Source of the DNA: Hemiscyllium ocellatum
Taxonomy: Eukaryota
Assembly (NCBI RefSeq): GCF_020745735.1
Contig: NC_083429.1
Span: forward strand, 23,975,877 to 24,039,876
Direction: 5' to 3'
Length of the DNA stretch: 64,000 nt
Shown: piece by piece, positions 1 through 12,084 of the stretch
Layout: the number at the start of each line of letters is the position of its first letter
Position numbering within the stretch: position 1 is the stretch's first letter
The notes under the pieces: model-generated
Databases searched by the model: none
The model's input: the letters and a program-made list of their open reading frames with translations, nothing else
Told to the model about the DNA's origin: nothing
Program-made: the position numbers and the translations under genes

Positions 1-3
1 TGC

Positions 4-291
4 ATGGTTGCTGACATTTCCCCTAGACATGTCATATTGAAAGAGACTGGCATCCTGCTTTGTGGTCAGAGACCTGGAGGTTCTTTAGAATGGGATGGTC
101 CATTGCAGGATTTCCTTCCTCTTCACCCAGGACCAGCAGTGGAGGCCACAACACCAATAGCAGCCTGGTCCAAGGTTGCCACTCAAGTTAAGGTATCCTC
201 AGCCATCTCAAAGTTTGATCAGCAATGTGGCAAGAGGGTCAACGACCTTCTCCTCTCTGCCAACATAGGTGCCACCATTTTCTCTCCGTAA
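4..291 (+). mobile_element. Degenerate Myb/SANT-like domain, probably the DNA-binding gene of a PIF/Harbinger transposon
   Basis: Translation AAWSKVATQVKVSSAISKFDQQCGKRVNDLL fits the W..IA..V...S...R...QC.KR.NDL pattern of Harbinger/MSANTD Myb domains. A possible continuation (KTAQNGTERIK..GG) follows a CAG at ~4124. Confidence 0.45.
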
Positions 292-339
292 CCTCACTAT
301 CTGGCTCCCCCCTCCAAAACTAAATTACTGAGCATACCG

Positions 340-582
340 GGGAAAGCCTCAGCAGCCAGGTCTCTGGCACTGAGCCTGGCTCTGTAGCTCAGAAGAGAAG
401 GGGAAGGGGGAGAATAGGAGAGTGATACTGATGGGAGATTCAATGGTTAGAGGAACAGACAAAAGATTGTGTAGTCACGACAGAGACTCCTGGATGGTAT
501 ATTGCCTGCTGAGTGCCAGGGTTAGGAATGTCTTAGATCAAGACTACAGGAATCTCAAGGGGGAGGGTGAACAGCCAGACGC
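340..582 (+). mobile_element. CR1-clade LINE ORF1 fragment (SGNH/GDSL esterase domain)
   Basis: Reads VILMGDSMVRGTDKRLCSHDRDSWMVYCL, the GDS motif block of CR1 ORF1 esterases. Confidence 0.7.
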
Positions 583-583
583 C

Positions 584-860
584 ATACAGTCATAGCGCCA
601 TTGAGACGTACAGCATGGAAACAGACCCTTCGGTCTAACTCGTCCATGTCGACCAAATATCCAACCCAATACAGTTCCAACTGCCAGTACTCGGCCCATA
701 TTCCTCCAAACCTTTCCTATTCATATACCCATCCAGATGTCTTTTAAATGTTGCAATTGTACCAGCCTCCACCACTTCCTCTGGCAGCTCATTCCATACA
801 TGTAGTACCCTCTGCGTGAAAAAGTTGACCCTTAGGTCTCTTATATCTTTCCTCTCTCTT
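584..860 (-). mobile_element. CR1/HER1-type LINE 3' end
   Basis: ORF 635..874 contains FFTQRVLHVWNELPEEVVEAGTIATFKRHLDGYM (CR1 ORF2 C-terminus). The same 3' UTR recurs many times in the window. Confidence 0.88.
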
Positions 861-869
861 TGTACCTTT

Positions 870-1615
870 CTCACACTTGCTGTTGGGATGCCTGTAATAC
901 AGCTCCAACATTCTTAGCATCCCCTTCCGATTTCTGAGCTCTACCCATAGCGCCTCACTGCTCGAATCCTTCATAGTGCCCTCCTTCAGCACAGTTGTGA
1001 TATTCTCCCTGACCAGTCATCCAACTCCTCCACCCTTTTTACCTCCCTCTCCATTCCGCCTGAAGCATCTATATCCTGGGATATTTAGTTGCCAATCGTG
1101 CCCTTCCCTCAACCAAGTCTCAGTAACAGCAATAACATCATACTCCCAGGTACTAATCCAAGCCCCGAGTTCATCTGCCTTACCTTCTACATTCCTCGCA
1201 TTAAAACAAATGCACCTCAAACCACCTGTATCCTTTGCGTTCATCATGTGGTCCCTGTCTACTCTTCCCCTCAGTCACACTGGCTTCATGATCTAGTTCC
1301 TTACAGGCTTTAGTTACTGCCTCCTTACTGCCCACTAATCTCTTCATTTGGTTCCAATCCCTCTGTCACTTTAGGCTAAATCCTCCCCAACAGTGTTAGG
1401 AAAAGCACCCCCTAGGACATTGGTTACAGTCTTGCCCAGGTTAAGACCTTTGGATTTGTAATAGTCCCACCTCTCCCAGATTTGGTCCCAATGTCCAAAC
1501 ATCTGAACCCTTCCATCCTGCACTATGTCTGAAGCCATGCATTCATCCTGCCTATTCTTTCATTTCTACTCTGACTAGGACGTGGTGCTGGTAGCTGGCC
1601 TGATATTACTGCCAC
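870..1615 (-). mobile_element. CR1 LINE fragment: end of ORF1 and AP-endonuclease start of ORF2
   Basis: ORF 1017..1247 CICFNARN..KADEL..YDVIAVTETWL..LNIPGYRCFRR..GGGV is the APE N-terminus; ORF 789..992 continues with SEALWVELRN..YYRHPN. Confidence 0.85.
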
Positions 1616-1817
1616 TTTCTCTTTTTATCTTTCTCTCGTCTCTTTGTTTATTCTTGTCCCCTCAAAGTTTGACCACCTGACTGTGCCCCCAACTTTGCCC
1701 CCCTAATACCCCACTGTGACTGTATACAATGTGCAGGTGCAGACTGTCAGTGACCTTTACATTGATTATGATGGGGCACTGCAAGATCCCACTCCGTCAT
1801 TTCCCCTCACTGAGAAA

Positions 1818-1846
1818 GTTATGAAGTTAAAAGTGTATACTCTAGC

Positions 1847-1889
<43 letters not shown>

Positions 1890-2228
1890 CGGCTCCCGTC
1901 ATGTGACCGACGCGCAGAAACAAAGTATATACTAAAACCAATCGAGTTGGTATTTTACTGTTTTGACAGCAGTTTTGGGTATAAAAAGCAGGCAATTTTG
2001 TCAATTAGCCAGGAGAAAGAGCACCAACTATTATTGTCAGACAGACTGTCTTAAAAAAAATCTCTATCAAAGGTAACTTTTACCTCTGAAACACCTTTGT
2101 AGCCAAATACCAAAGACAACCCAGGGAGATCTACAAACAGAGGAAAATCAACGCCGGAGACAACAGCTGCTTTCTGGTTTTGAAAATTAAGTTGCTGTAA
2201 ATTTAATAGGGGCTTTATTGGACAGTGT
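1818..2228 (+). mobile_element. Partial LTR related to the solo LTRs at 18468 and 29906, containing a (GA)18 microsatellite at 1850-1885
   Basis: Starts gttatgaag like the 29906 copy; has gggtataaaa (TATA) and shares ctggttttgaaa and similar blocks with that copy. Confidence 0.5.
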
Positions 2229-2231
2229 CCA

Positions 2232-2915
2232 TCACCATAAAGGGGTAGGTGGCTGTGTAATCATGAAGGAATGATGGGGGGTTGGGCAGTATGGGAAAGG
2301 GACTAAAGCGGCAGAGAGGGAGGGGTATTCAAATGGGGGAACAATATTCAGGGGAGCAAAGTATGAGGGAAGCAGCAAAATAGTCAAGGGGACTGGAATT
2401 GGGGGAATGTAAAATCTGGGGGAAGCAAAATTGTAGGGGCTGAATAATGGGAAAGGGGTTTGCATATTTGGGGGAGTTGCAAGAGGTGGTGGGAGAAGAA
2501 AATAGAGCTACTAACAAATTGAGGGCAAATATGTTCCCACACCCTTATTTTTGATTGCCCAACTCTGGGCCACACAATCAGAAGTAGTAAATATGTGGCG
2601 AGAGGGGCAAAATATGGGGAGTACGATTTTGGTGGGGGAGGGGGCAAAATTGAGATGGTAAATTGTGGGTATTGCAAGATGGCAGGGACATAAAGTTTGT
2701 GGAGTGGTAAATTTGGGGGGGGGGGGGGAAGCCTTGCAAGGAAAGGAGGGCACGGTTAGTAGAGGGGAATTAAAGTACACCAGAGTGGGCAATTACACGG
2801 TGAGTGGGGGAAATTTTGGGTGAGGGATGCCAAGTTGGGGACAGAAAACATCTGGTAGCGGGGCAAAACTTGGGGTGGGCACACAGTTGAGACAGGAATA
2901 TTTGGGGTAAACTGG
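2232..2915. repeat. Degenerate G-rich tandem repeat (ggggcaaaat-like units)
   Basis: Recurrent G-runs followed by caaaat/gaaat/aaat every ~15-25 nt, with strong purine skew. Confidence 0.6.
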
Positions 2916-2917
2916 GC

Positions 2918-3895
2918 AACCGTATTCAACAGGGATCTGTTCTGGAGCCTCTGCTCTTTTTGATTTTTATAAATGACTCGGATGAGGAAGTGGAAGGGTG
3001 GGTTAGTAAATTTGCCGTTGACACAAAGGTTGGTGGAGTTGTGGACAGTGTGGAAGGGTTGTAGGTTGCAATGAGACATCGACAGGATGCAGAGCTGGGC
3101 TAAGAAGTGTCAGATGGAGTTCAACCTGGAAAAGTGGGAAGTGATTCATTTTTAAAAGACCAAATTTGAATGCAGAATACAGGGTTAAAAAGGTGGGATT
3201 CTTGGCAGAGTGGAGGAACAGAGGGATCTTGGGGGTCCCTCAAAGTTGCCACCCAAGTTTATAGGGTTGTTAAGGCAGTGTATGGTGTGTTAGCTTTAAT
3301 TAGTGGGAGATTTAGTTTAACAGTCGCAAGGTTAAGGCATAGATATAAAGCCCTGGTTAACCACACTTGGAATATTGTGTTCAGTTCTGGTTGCCTCAAT
3401 TATAGGATGTGGAAGCTTTAGAGAGGGTGAAGAGGAGATTTACCAGGATGCTGCCTGGACTGGAGAGCACGTCTTACAAAGAAAAGTTGAGGGAGCCATG
3501 GTTTTTCTCATTGGAACGAAGAAGGATGAGAGGTGACTTGATAGAGGTATGCAAAATAATGAGAGGCATAAATAAAGTCGATAGCCAGAGACCTTTACCC
3601 AGGACAGAAAGAGCTATCATGAGGGGGCATAATTTTAAAACTTGTAGGAAGGTTTAGGGGAGACGTCAGAGGTAGGTTCTTTACACAGAGTGTGGTGGGT
3701 GAGTGGAATGCACTGCCAGCAGTGGCAACAGAATCAGATACTATAAGGACATTTAAGAGACTCTTGGATAGACACATGGATGATAGTAAAATGAAGAGTA
3801 GGTAGGTTAGTTTGATCTTAGAGTAGGATAAAAAAAGTTGGCACAACATCAAAAGTAGAATGGCCTGTACTGTGCTGTACTGTTCTATGTTCTAT
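2918..3895 (+). mobile_element. 5'-truncated CR1 LINE (RT to 3' end), decayed
   Basis: FINDS..VSKFAVDTKVGGVVDS (RT motif region), LERVKRRFTRMLPGL and FFTQSVVGEWNALP; ends in a gttctat tandem tail. Confidence 0.88.
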
Positions 3896-4529
3896 CTCTA
3901 CTGCCATACCCAACTTGCACCAAGGCTTATGTTCTACAAGTCACATTACTGTCTTCAGCATCTTGCCTCACTTACTCTCAATCACCTCAACTCTGACACC
4001 ACTAACCCTGTATGTCCTCTGTGCTGTCCACTCACTTGCTCAGAACACCACCACTTCTGCACCAACAGTAAATGCTGTGCCACACTTTCTTCCTCTGTTA
4101 TACCAAACTGTCTCATTCCATCAGGAAAACAGCTCAGAATGGGACAGAAAGAATCAAGGCAAGGTGGTGATCTGCTTGTCATCTGGCTACTCACTGCTTA
4201 TAAGGACAGAATTCAGACTCAAACCACACTGAGTAAGTCCTGGTCGTATCAGAAGCTGTCATTGATTTCCTGTTCTAGTAAAAGCTAACCCCCTTAATTT
4301 GACTGAGAATTCTGACAACTATGAAAAGCTCGCTGATTTTGTGTTTGTGTTAAATAGCACGGCAACAACACTAAACCTGGCTTCTCTGGCTGAGAGATCA
4401 AAACAAGGCAACAGAAAGCAGGAATGCTGTGAGCAGTGAACAGCCCAAAAGAGAAGCCTGGCCCAATCCTCGAACTGGGTATGTGACACGATGTGCTTTG
4501 GGTCCTCGCAGCAGCCACACAATGGGAAG

Positions 4530-5620
4530 AGAGAATGACAGCCTTTGACATCAGGCTACATTCAACCAAATGTAGCATTAAGGAGCCCTGGCAAAGCTGG
4601 AATGAATGGGAATCTGGGGGCAAATTTTCCACTTGTTGACGCCATATCTGACATATAGGAAGATGGTTGGGGTTACTGGAGGTCAGTCATCTCTGCAGGA
4701 GCCCCTCAGTAATGTCTTAGGCACAAAAATGTTCAGCTACTTCATTAATGACTTTAAGGTCAGAAATGGAGATGTTTGCCAATAACCGTGCAGTGTTCAT
4801 CACAATTTGCAACTTCTCAAATGCAACAGTGTCTGAACAATAACCAGGCTTGGGCGAACAAGTGACAGTAACATTCACGCCATACAAATGCCAGGTCGTG
4901 ACCATCTCCAATAATAGACAACCTAATCACCGCCCCTTGACATTCAATGATGTTACCATCACTGAATCCCCATTATCAATATTCTATGGGGGCACCATTG
5001 ACCAGAAACTGAACTGTACTCACCATATAAATATAGTGATTACAAGAAAAGGTCAGAGGCTAGGAATTCTCCAGTGAGTAACTTGCTTTCTGACCCCGCA
5101 AAGCCTGTCTGCCATTTACAAAGCACAAGTCAGGAAGGTGATGGAATGCACCCACTTGCCTGATGGGTACAGCTCCAGCAACACTCAAGAAGCTTGACAT
5201 CATCCAGGACAAAGCAGCCTGCTTGATTGGTATCACATCCACAAGCACTTGATCTGTCCACCACCAATGCGGAGTTGCAGAAGTGTGTACTATCAATAAG
5301 ATGGACTGCAGAAATTCACCAAAGATAGTTTGACAGCACCTTGCAAACCCACAACCACTCCCATCCAGGTGGACAAGGGCAGCAGATGCAGGTGAACACC
5401 ATCACTTGCAAGTTCCCCTCTGAACCTCTCACCGTCCTGACTTCACTGTCACGGAGTCAAAACTCTGGAAATCCTTCTCAAAAGGGTATTGTTGATCAAT
5501 TTTCACACATGAACTGCGGTGGTTCAAGAAGGCAGCTCACCACCATCTTCTCAAAGACAACTCAGAAGGGCAATAAATGCTGCCCAGACATCAATATCCA
5601 CATTCCACAAGTGAATAAAA
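4530..5620 (+). mobile_element. Old decayed LINE (CR1/L2 group), RT to 3' end
   Basis: Homologous to the minus-strand copy at 40700-43040 (TALDIKAAF, FINDL, LKKLDIIQDKAACLI); ends cacattccacaagtgaataaaa. Confidence 0.7.
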
Positions 5621-6211
5621 ACAGTTTCCCAGTGCATCCCAAGGTGCAGCACTGAAATGCAGAAGCATCCTCTAAGTTGCCTGGAGATGTGCCATGAGCG
5701 TTCTTTAAGACTGGCAGATGGCAAATGCCATGAAGTCATTCACAACAAGCAATGAACTAAATCTCCCAGGTGCCTGCTCTAGTTTCCTTGTTGCAGTTTC
5801 TCAACATTTAGCTAGATTGGCAAGTTTGATAAGATGGTTGGCTGAAAATCAATCAGGTCAGCTGTGCTGTTAACAAGGCATTTAACAAGTGCTCCTCCCC
5901 AACAACTGCTATCTTGCCACAGGGGTGAGAATCTTCCCATGTGACTTGTGAAGATGAAGAAAGATGGTTTGAATTGCTCTAACCATCGACATAGGCCTTG
6001 CTACAACTGTTACACAATTTTGCCACACACCTCGCTATCGGCCACATTGCTCAGATCCCTTCAAGATTCCACCCATTGTCCTTCTTCTTCTGCCATTCCA
6101 GGCCTCACTTAACAATGAAATCAAGATTGACAGTATGGGATCCTTTTGTAACTTACTCCTGTGCAGAACTTTAAACTCTGGAACTTCATATCACTCACCA
6201 CCTATTCCTTA

Positions 6212-8008
6212 CCGACAAAAGGGTAACTAGGGAGAAAATAGGGCCCCTCAAAGATCAGGAAGGCTGCCTTTGTGTGGAGCCGCAGGAGATGGGACAGATA
6301 CTAAGTGAGTATTTTGCATCAGTATTTACTGATGTGGAAAAGGACACGGAAGATATAGAATCTAGGGAAATAGATGGTGACATCTTGAAAAATGTGCACA
6401 TTACAGAGGAAGAAGTGCTGGTGCTTTGAAACGCATAAATGTGGATAAATCCCCAGGACCTGATCAGGGGCACCTTAGAACTCTGGGAAGCTAGAGAAGT
6501 GATTGCTGGGCCTCTTACGGAGATATTTGTATCATCAATAGTCCCAGGCTGAAGTCCATAAGTCTGGAGGTTGGCCACATGGTGCCACTGTTTAAGAAAG
6601 GTGGTAAGGAGCAGCCAAGGAACTATAGACCAGTGAGCCTGACCTTGGTGGTGGGCAAGTTGTTGGAGGGAATCCTGAGGGACAGGATGTACATGTACTT
6701 GGAAAGGCAAGGACTGATTAGGGATAGTCAAAATGGTTTTATGCGTGAGAAATCATGTCTCACAAACTTGATTGAGGCTTTTGAAGAAGTAACAAAGAGG
6801 ATTGATGAGGGCAGAGCAGTGAATGTGATCTATGTGGACTTCAGTAAGGCATTCGACAAGGTTTCCCATGGGAGACTGATTAGCAAGGTTAGATCTCATA
6901 GAATACAGGGAGAACTAGCCATTTGGATAAAGAACTGGCTCAAAGGTAGAAGACAGAGGGTGGTGGTGGAGGGTTGTTTTTCAGACTGGAGGCCTGTGAC
7001 CAGTGGAGTGCTACAAGGATCAGTGCTGGGTCCATTACTTTTCTTCATTTATATAAATGATTTGAACGTGAGCATAAGAGGTATAGTTAATAAGTTTGCA
7101 GATGACACCAAAAATGGAGGTGTAGTGGACTGCGAAGAATGTTACCTCAGATTACAACGGGATCTTGATCAGATGGGCCAATGGGCTGAGAAGTGGCAGA
7201 TGGAGTTTAATTTAGATAAATATGAGGTGCTGCATATTAGGAAAGCAAATCTTAGCATGACTTATACACTTAATGGTAAGGTCCTAGGGAGTGTTGCTGA
7301 ACAAAGAGACCTTGGAGTGCAGGTTCATAGCTCCTTGAAAGTGGAGTTGTAGATAGATAGGATAGTGAAGGCGATATATGGTATGCTTTCCTTTATTGGT
7401 CAGAGTATTGAGTACAGGAGTTGGGAGGTCATGTTGCAGCTGTACAGGACATTGGTTAGGCCACTCTTGAAATTTTGCGTGCAATTGTGGTCTCCATCCT
7501 ATCGGAAAGATGTTGTGAAACTTGAAAGGGTTCAGAAAGGATTTACAAGGATGTTGCCAGGGTTGGAGGATTTGAGCTAGAGAGAGAGGTTGAATAGGCT
7601 AGGGCTGTTTTCCCTGGAGTGTCGGAGGCTGAGGGGTGACCTTGTTGAGGTTATAAAATCATGAGGGGCATGGATAGGATAAATAGACAAAGTCTTTTCC
7701 CTTGGGTGGAGGAGTTCAGAACTAGAAGGCATTGGTTTAGGGTGAGGGGGAAAGATATAAAACAATCCTAAGGGGCAATTTTTTTCACGCAGAGGGTGGT
7801 ACATGTACAGAATGAGCTGCCAGAGGAAGTGGTGGAGGCTGGTACAATTGCAACATTTAAAAGACATCTCGATAGGTATATGAATAAGAAGGGTTTGGAG
7901 GGAGATGGGCCGCCTGTCAGGTGGGACTAGATTCGGTTAGGATATCTGGTCGGCATGGATGAGTTGGACCGAAGGGTCTGTTTCTGTGCTGTACATCACT
8001 ATGACTCT
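6212..8008 (+). mobile_element. CR1/HER1-type LINE, 3' 1.8 kb with a relatively intact RT domain (ORF 6579..7352)
   Basis: Contains NYRPVSLT, YVDFSKAFDKV, GVLQGSVLGPLLF, YINDL and KFADDTK. Stops and frameshifts flank the ORF; ends in a ctatgactct tail. Confidence 0.95.
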
Positions 8009-8648
8009 TCCTATATTCTAAATACTTTTAAAAGGAATGTGTGTTAACACCTAACCAAAACTTTAACTGCCTCTTGTTTTCTTCTACTTTCTTGACATTG
8101 CTTCTGCAGCACAGGCTTTGACCTGGGATTCTCAATTTCAAAAAAGGGAAAACATCAGAGATCAAGATTGCACAAAAGGAAGAGATCGGTTTACAATAAA
8201 ATTCTGATCCTAATCGGAGACTCTAGTGTGCTGACATAATTTATAAATTGAAGAGCACAGGTCATAGCAACTCAAGAGACCTCAATAAGTGAGCTTTGTT
8301 GCTGTGACCAGAGGAACGCATACAGGCCCAGAAGCACTCACTGTAATTAAGTGGATAGAGCGAGGGAGTGATACAGTGAAGGGAATCATTTACTGCTGGG
8401 GTTTAAGTTTACTTTTAGTTTAAACCTTTGATTTGTTCTTTTGGGAGTTTTGTCTGGATTTATGCTGCAAGTACAGTACTTCATCCTTCACGGAAATCAA
8501 TATGTTGTGCACTGCATGTGTGAGAAATGGGACTGCCTGAGGGTTGATAAGGTTCTGTTGCCTGCACACGGTTCATTGTTTTTAATAAAAGCTCAGGGGC
8601 AGGTTATGAAAGGCAATATAAAGCAACAGATATAAACACTGTTCTTAC

Positions 8649-8754
8649 CACGTCTTCAGTCACTGACTCAGGTGTCTCTTTGGCCCGGGGAAAGAAGATG
8701 AGGATCAAGGTGATCATCAATGCAAGGAAGAAAACCAATATAATCGAAAGCCAG
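8649..8754 (-). CDS. TMEM218: TMEM218 second coding exon (106 nt)
   Basis: Acceptor ttattttatctag|C (AG at 8756-8755), donor GTG|gtaaga. Encodes (S)WLSIILVFFLALMITLILIFFPRAKETPESVTEDV, aligning with human TMEM218 [34 protein letters not shown] (recalled). Phase is compatible with the 16046 exon. Confidence 0.92.
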
Positions 8755-9155
8755 CTAGATAAAATAACACAAGATATTCCCAATGAATCTGTACTGCACA
8801 ACAGATGATATTTTATTATACTGGTTTATCAAGCAAGGGGCCCAGTGAGGGTATCAGAGCACCAAAGCTGAGGAGCGGAAGATCAATTTAAAATCAAAGA
8901 AAACTGGTACCAAATTGATGGTACACTGGCTCCAGCTAGTCAATTGCAGTTTGTGTCAATCAGACCAAGCTTTCCCCTTTCTGTCTTTTAGGTTTAACTA
9001 TGTTTTTGATTTTCAGAAGTATCTCTGGTTTCCTCCCTGTGCTTTATTAACTTAGCACAGTCTCTCCCAAACGGTGAACAGCCCAACCTTAGTTCTGCTA
9101 CAAGTTTGTTCCACAACCCTGACCTAATCACTCTGCTCTTGCTGTGTTCCTTTTA

Positions 9156-10783
9156 AAGATTAGAGTGGTGCTGGAAAAGCACAGCAGGTCAGGCAGCATC
9201 TAAGGAGCAGGAATATCGATGTTTCAGGCAAAAACCCTTCATCAGCAATGAGCCTCCAGGGTGGAGAGATAAATGGGAGGCGGGTGGGGCTGGAGGAAGG
9301 TAGCGAAGAGTACAATGGGTGGATGGAGGGGAGGATGAAGGCATTAGGTTAAAGAGGAGGGTGAAGTGGATAGTTGGGAAGGAAGATTGGCAGGTAGGGC
9401 AGGTCATGAGGGTGGTGCTGAGTTGGCAAGTTGGAACTAGGGTAAAGTGGGGGGAGGGGAAATGAGGAAACTAGTAAGGTCCACATCGATGCCCTGGGGT
9501 TGAAGTGTTCCGAGGTGAAAGATGAGGCGTTCTTCTTCCAGGGTGGTAAGGCAGTGGTGGTGGAGGCGGCCCAGGACCTGCATGTCCTCAGCAGAGTAGG
9601 AGGGGGAGTTGAAATGTTCGGCCACAGGGTGGTGTGGTTGATTGGTGCAGGTATCCTGGAGATGTTCCCTAAAGCGCTCTGTGAGAAGATGTCCAGTCTC
9701 CCCAATGTAGAGGAGACTGCATCGGAAGCAACAGATACAATAAATGACACTGGTGGATGTGCAGGTAAAAAACTTTGATGGATGTGGAAGGCTCCTTTGG
9801 GGCCTTGGATGGAGGTGAGGGAGGAGGTGTGGGCGCAGGTTTTACAGTTTCTGCGGTGGCTGGGGAAGGTGCTCGGACGGGAGGATAGGCTGTTGGGGGG
9901 CACAGACCAGGTAGTCACGGAGGGAATGGTCTTTGCGGAAAGAGGATAGGGGTGGGGAGGGAAATATATCCCTGGTGGTGGGGTCAGTTTGGAGGAGGTG
10001 GCGGAAATGTCAACGGATGATGCCGTTTATATGGTGGTTGGTGGGGTGGAAAGTGAGGACCGGGGTGTTCTGTCCTTGTTGCAGTTGGAGGGGTGGGGTT
10101 TGGAGGGTGGAGGTGCGGGATGTGGACGAGATGCGTTGGATGGCATCTTCAACCATGTGGGAAGGAAGAGGCCATCTGTGGTGGAACTGGTCCTCCTGGG
10201 AGCTGATACATTGGAGGCGGAGGAATTGAGAATACGGGATAGCATTTTTGCAGGAGGTAGGCTGGGAAGAGGTGTAATCCAGGTAGCTGTGGGAGTCGGT
10301 GAGTTTGTAAAAAAAATCTCAGTGTTAAGTCAGTCATCATTGATGGAGATGGAGAGGTCCAGGAAGGGGAGGGAAGTGTCGAAGGTGGCCCAGGTGAATT
10401 TAAGGTTGGGGTGGAATGTGTTGGTGAAGCTGATGAACTGCTCAACCTCCTCACAGGAGCACGAGGTGGCGCCGATGCAGTCATCAGTGTAGCAGAGGAA
10501 GAGGTGGGGAGTTGTGTAACTACAGAGGATGGACTGTTCTATGTAGCCAACAAAGAGACAGGCATAGCTGGGGACCATGCGGGTGCCTATGGTTACCCCT
10601 TTCGTCTGGAGGAAGTGGGAGGATTCGAAGGAGAAATTGTTAAGGGTGAGGATCAGTTCAGCCAAACGAATGTGTGTGTCAGTGGAAGGGTACTGTTGGG
10701 GATATCAGGTGGGCTTGCAGGTCCTGGGTCATGGCCCTTTTCCAGCACCACACTAATCTTGACCCTGATCTCCAGTCCTCACT
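9156..10783 (-). mobile_element. Penelope-like element (RT + GIY-YIG), 5'-truncated, with an inverted pseudo-LTR piece and 12-bp TSD
   Basis: RT: LILTLNNFSF..FLQTKGVTIGTRMVPSYACLFVG..CYTDDCIG. GIY-YIG region: CKTCAH..GPKGAF and LEEERLIFHLGTLQPQGI. aagattagagtggtgctggaaaag (9156) is inverted at 10737-10760. ttccttttaaag occurs at 9147-9158 and 10784-10795. Confidence 0.92.
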
Positions 10784-11194
10784 TTCCTTTTAAAGTAACT
10801 CAATCCCAACCTGTTCTTTGAGTTTTTTTTAAATCAGTGACCAAGTCACCCAAACCATTAACCATTAGCAACACGTAGTTCACTGGAAATAAAGATGAGA
10901 TTAATTACATTTTATTTGCAAATAAATAATGAAGAATGGACACCACCCTTGGGGATGTAATCTCAACACAATGTGCATGGCAGATGGCACATACCTTCAT
11001 CAAAAAGTATGATAAAAATTAATTAGTGTGTGTTTATCATCATTCCATGGTTTACTTCTTGACGACTCAACAGTGGCAGGTTTTTGTTAAGTAATTCAAA
11101 GGAGAAGTAAGTTTACATGCATTCAGTGTGTTTGAGAAGATTTATCGCTCAGGTTGTTTGATGAGATTGTTGACTTGCTCATGTGCTTGCACCT

Positions 11195-11375
11195 GTTCCT
11201 TATACACAAACCACTAAGAAACAGAACCAGCAACAAAACCAGAAATGACACCACTAACCCCAGCAAACAGGACAGAACACCAATGCTTCACCAGAGGCGC
11301 ACTGATGAGGTTACCCAGAATGGCAATGAAACGCCTGCGAACAAACTTACTAGCTCAGCCATTAAGTAAATAACC
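11195..11375 (+). mobile_element. Penelope-type 3' fragment with a hammerhead-ribozyme core
   Basis: CTGATGA-ggttacccagaatggcaat-GAAAC at 11302-11332. Confidence 0.55.
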
Positions 11376-11844
11376 TCAGATATTGTTCAAGTGTATTAAA
11401 ATGTTTTGATATGGAAAACTATTTTTGTCAGTAGATAGCATAATCGAAAAATTAAGAACCAGATTTTTCAGGAAATTAGGAAACACGTCTGCATCAAAGG
11501 TTGGCAGAAGCTTGAAATCTTTCAGTAAATGGCAATTGATGAGAGATAAAATATTAATACTAACATCATGAGTGGTAAGATTTTTGTTAATCAAAGATTA
11601 AAGGGATATGGATAAGCACACTTTTATGGAGTCATGGGGCAGATTACCATAATCTCTCAGATAGGCGGAATAAACTCAAAGGGTTAAATAGCCCACTTCA
11701 GTTTCTATATTTTCCAATAGAATTGTTGCAAGTGGTCAAAGTTCTGATTCCTACACTTGTAACTAATTACTAAATTCCACTAGATAATGCTATCCTGAAC
11801 CACTCCCTCTCAGTGCATTCACTGCTCCATTGCCTGACTATTTA

Positions 11845-12080
11845 GTCACAGAGTCATAGAGATGTACAGTACCAAACCAGACCCTTTGGTCCAACTCGTC
11901 CATGCCGACCAAGTATCCCAACCCAATGTAGTCTCACCAGGCACCTGGCTCACATCCCTCCAAATCCTTCCTATTCATATACCCATCCAGGTGCCTTTTA
12001 AATGTTGTGATTGTACCAGCCTCCACCACTTCCTCTGGCAGCTCATTCCATACACGTACCACCCTCTGCGTGAAAAAGAT
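11845..12080 (-). mobile_element. CR1 LINE 3' end
   Basis: FFTQRVVRVWNELPEEVVEAGTITTFKRHLDGYM; tail agtcacagagtcatagag. Confidence 0.88.
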
Positions 12081-12084
12081 CCCA

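Noticed and set aside
1-8600. Final TMEM218 coding exon (expected IVD.FFIGRYVLL...)
   Set aside because: No matching sequence was found by eye; it probably lies left of the window.
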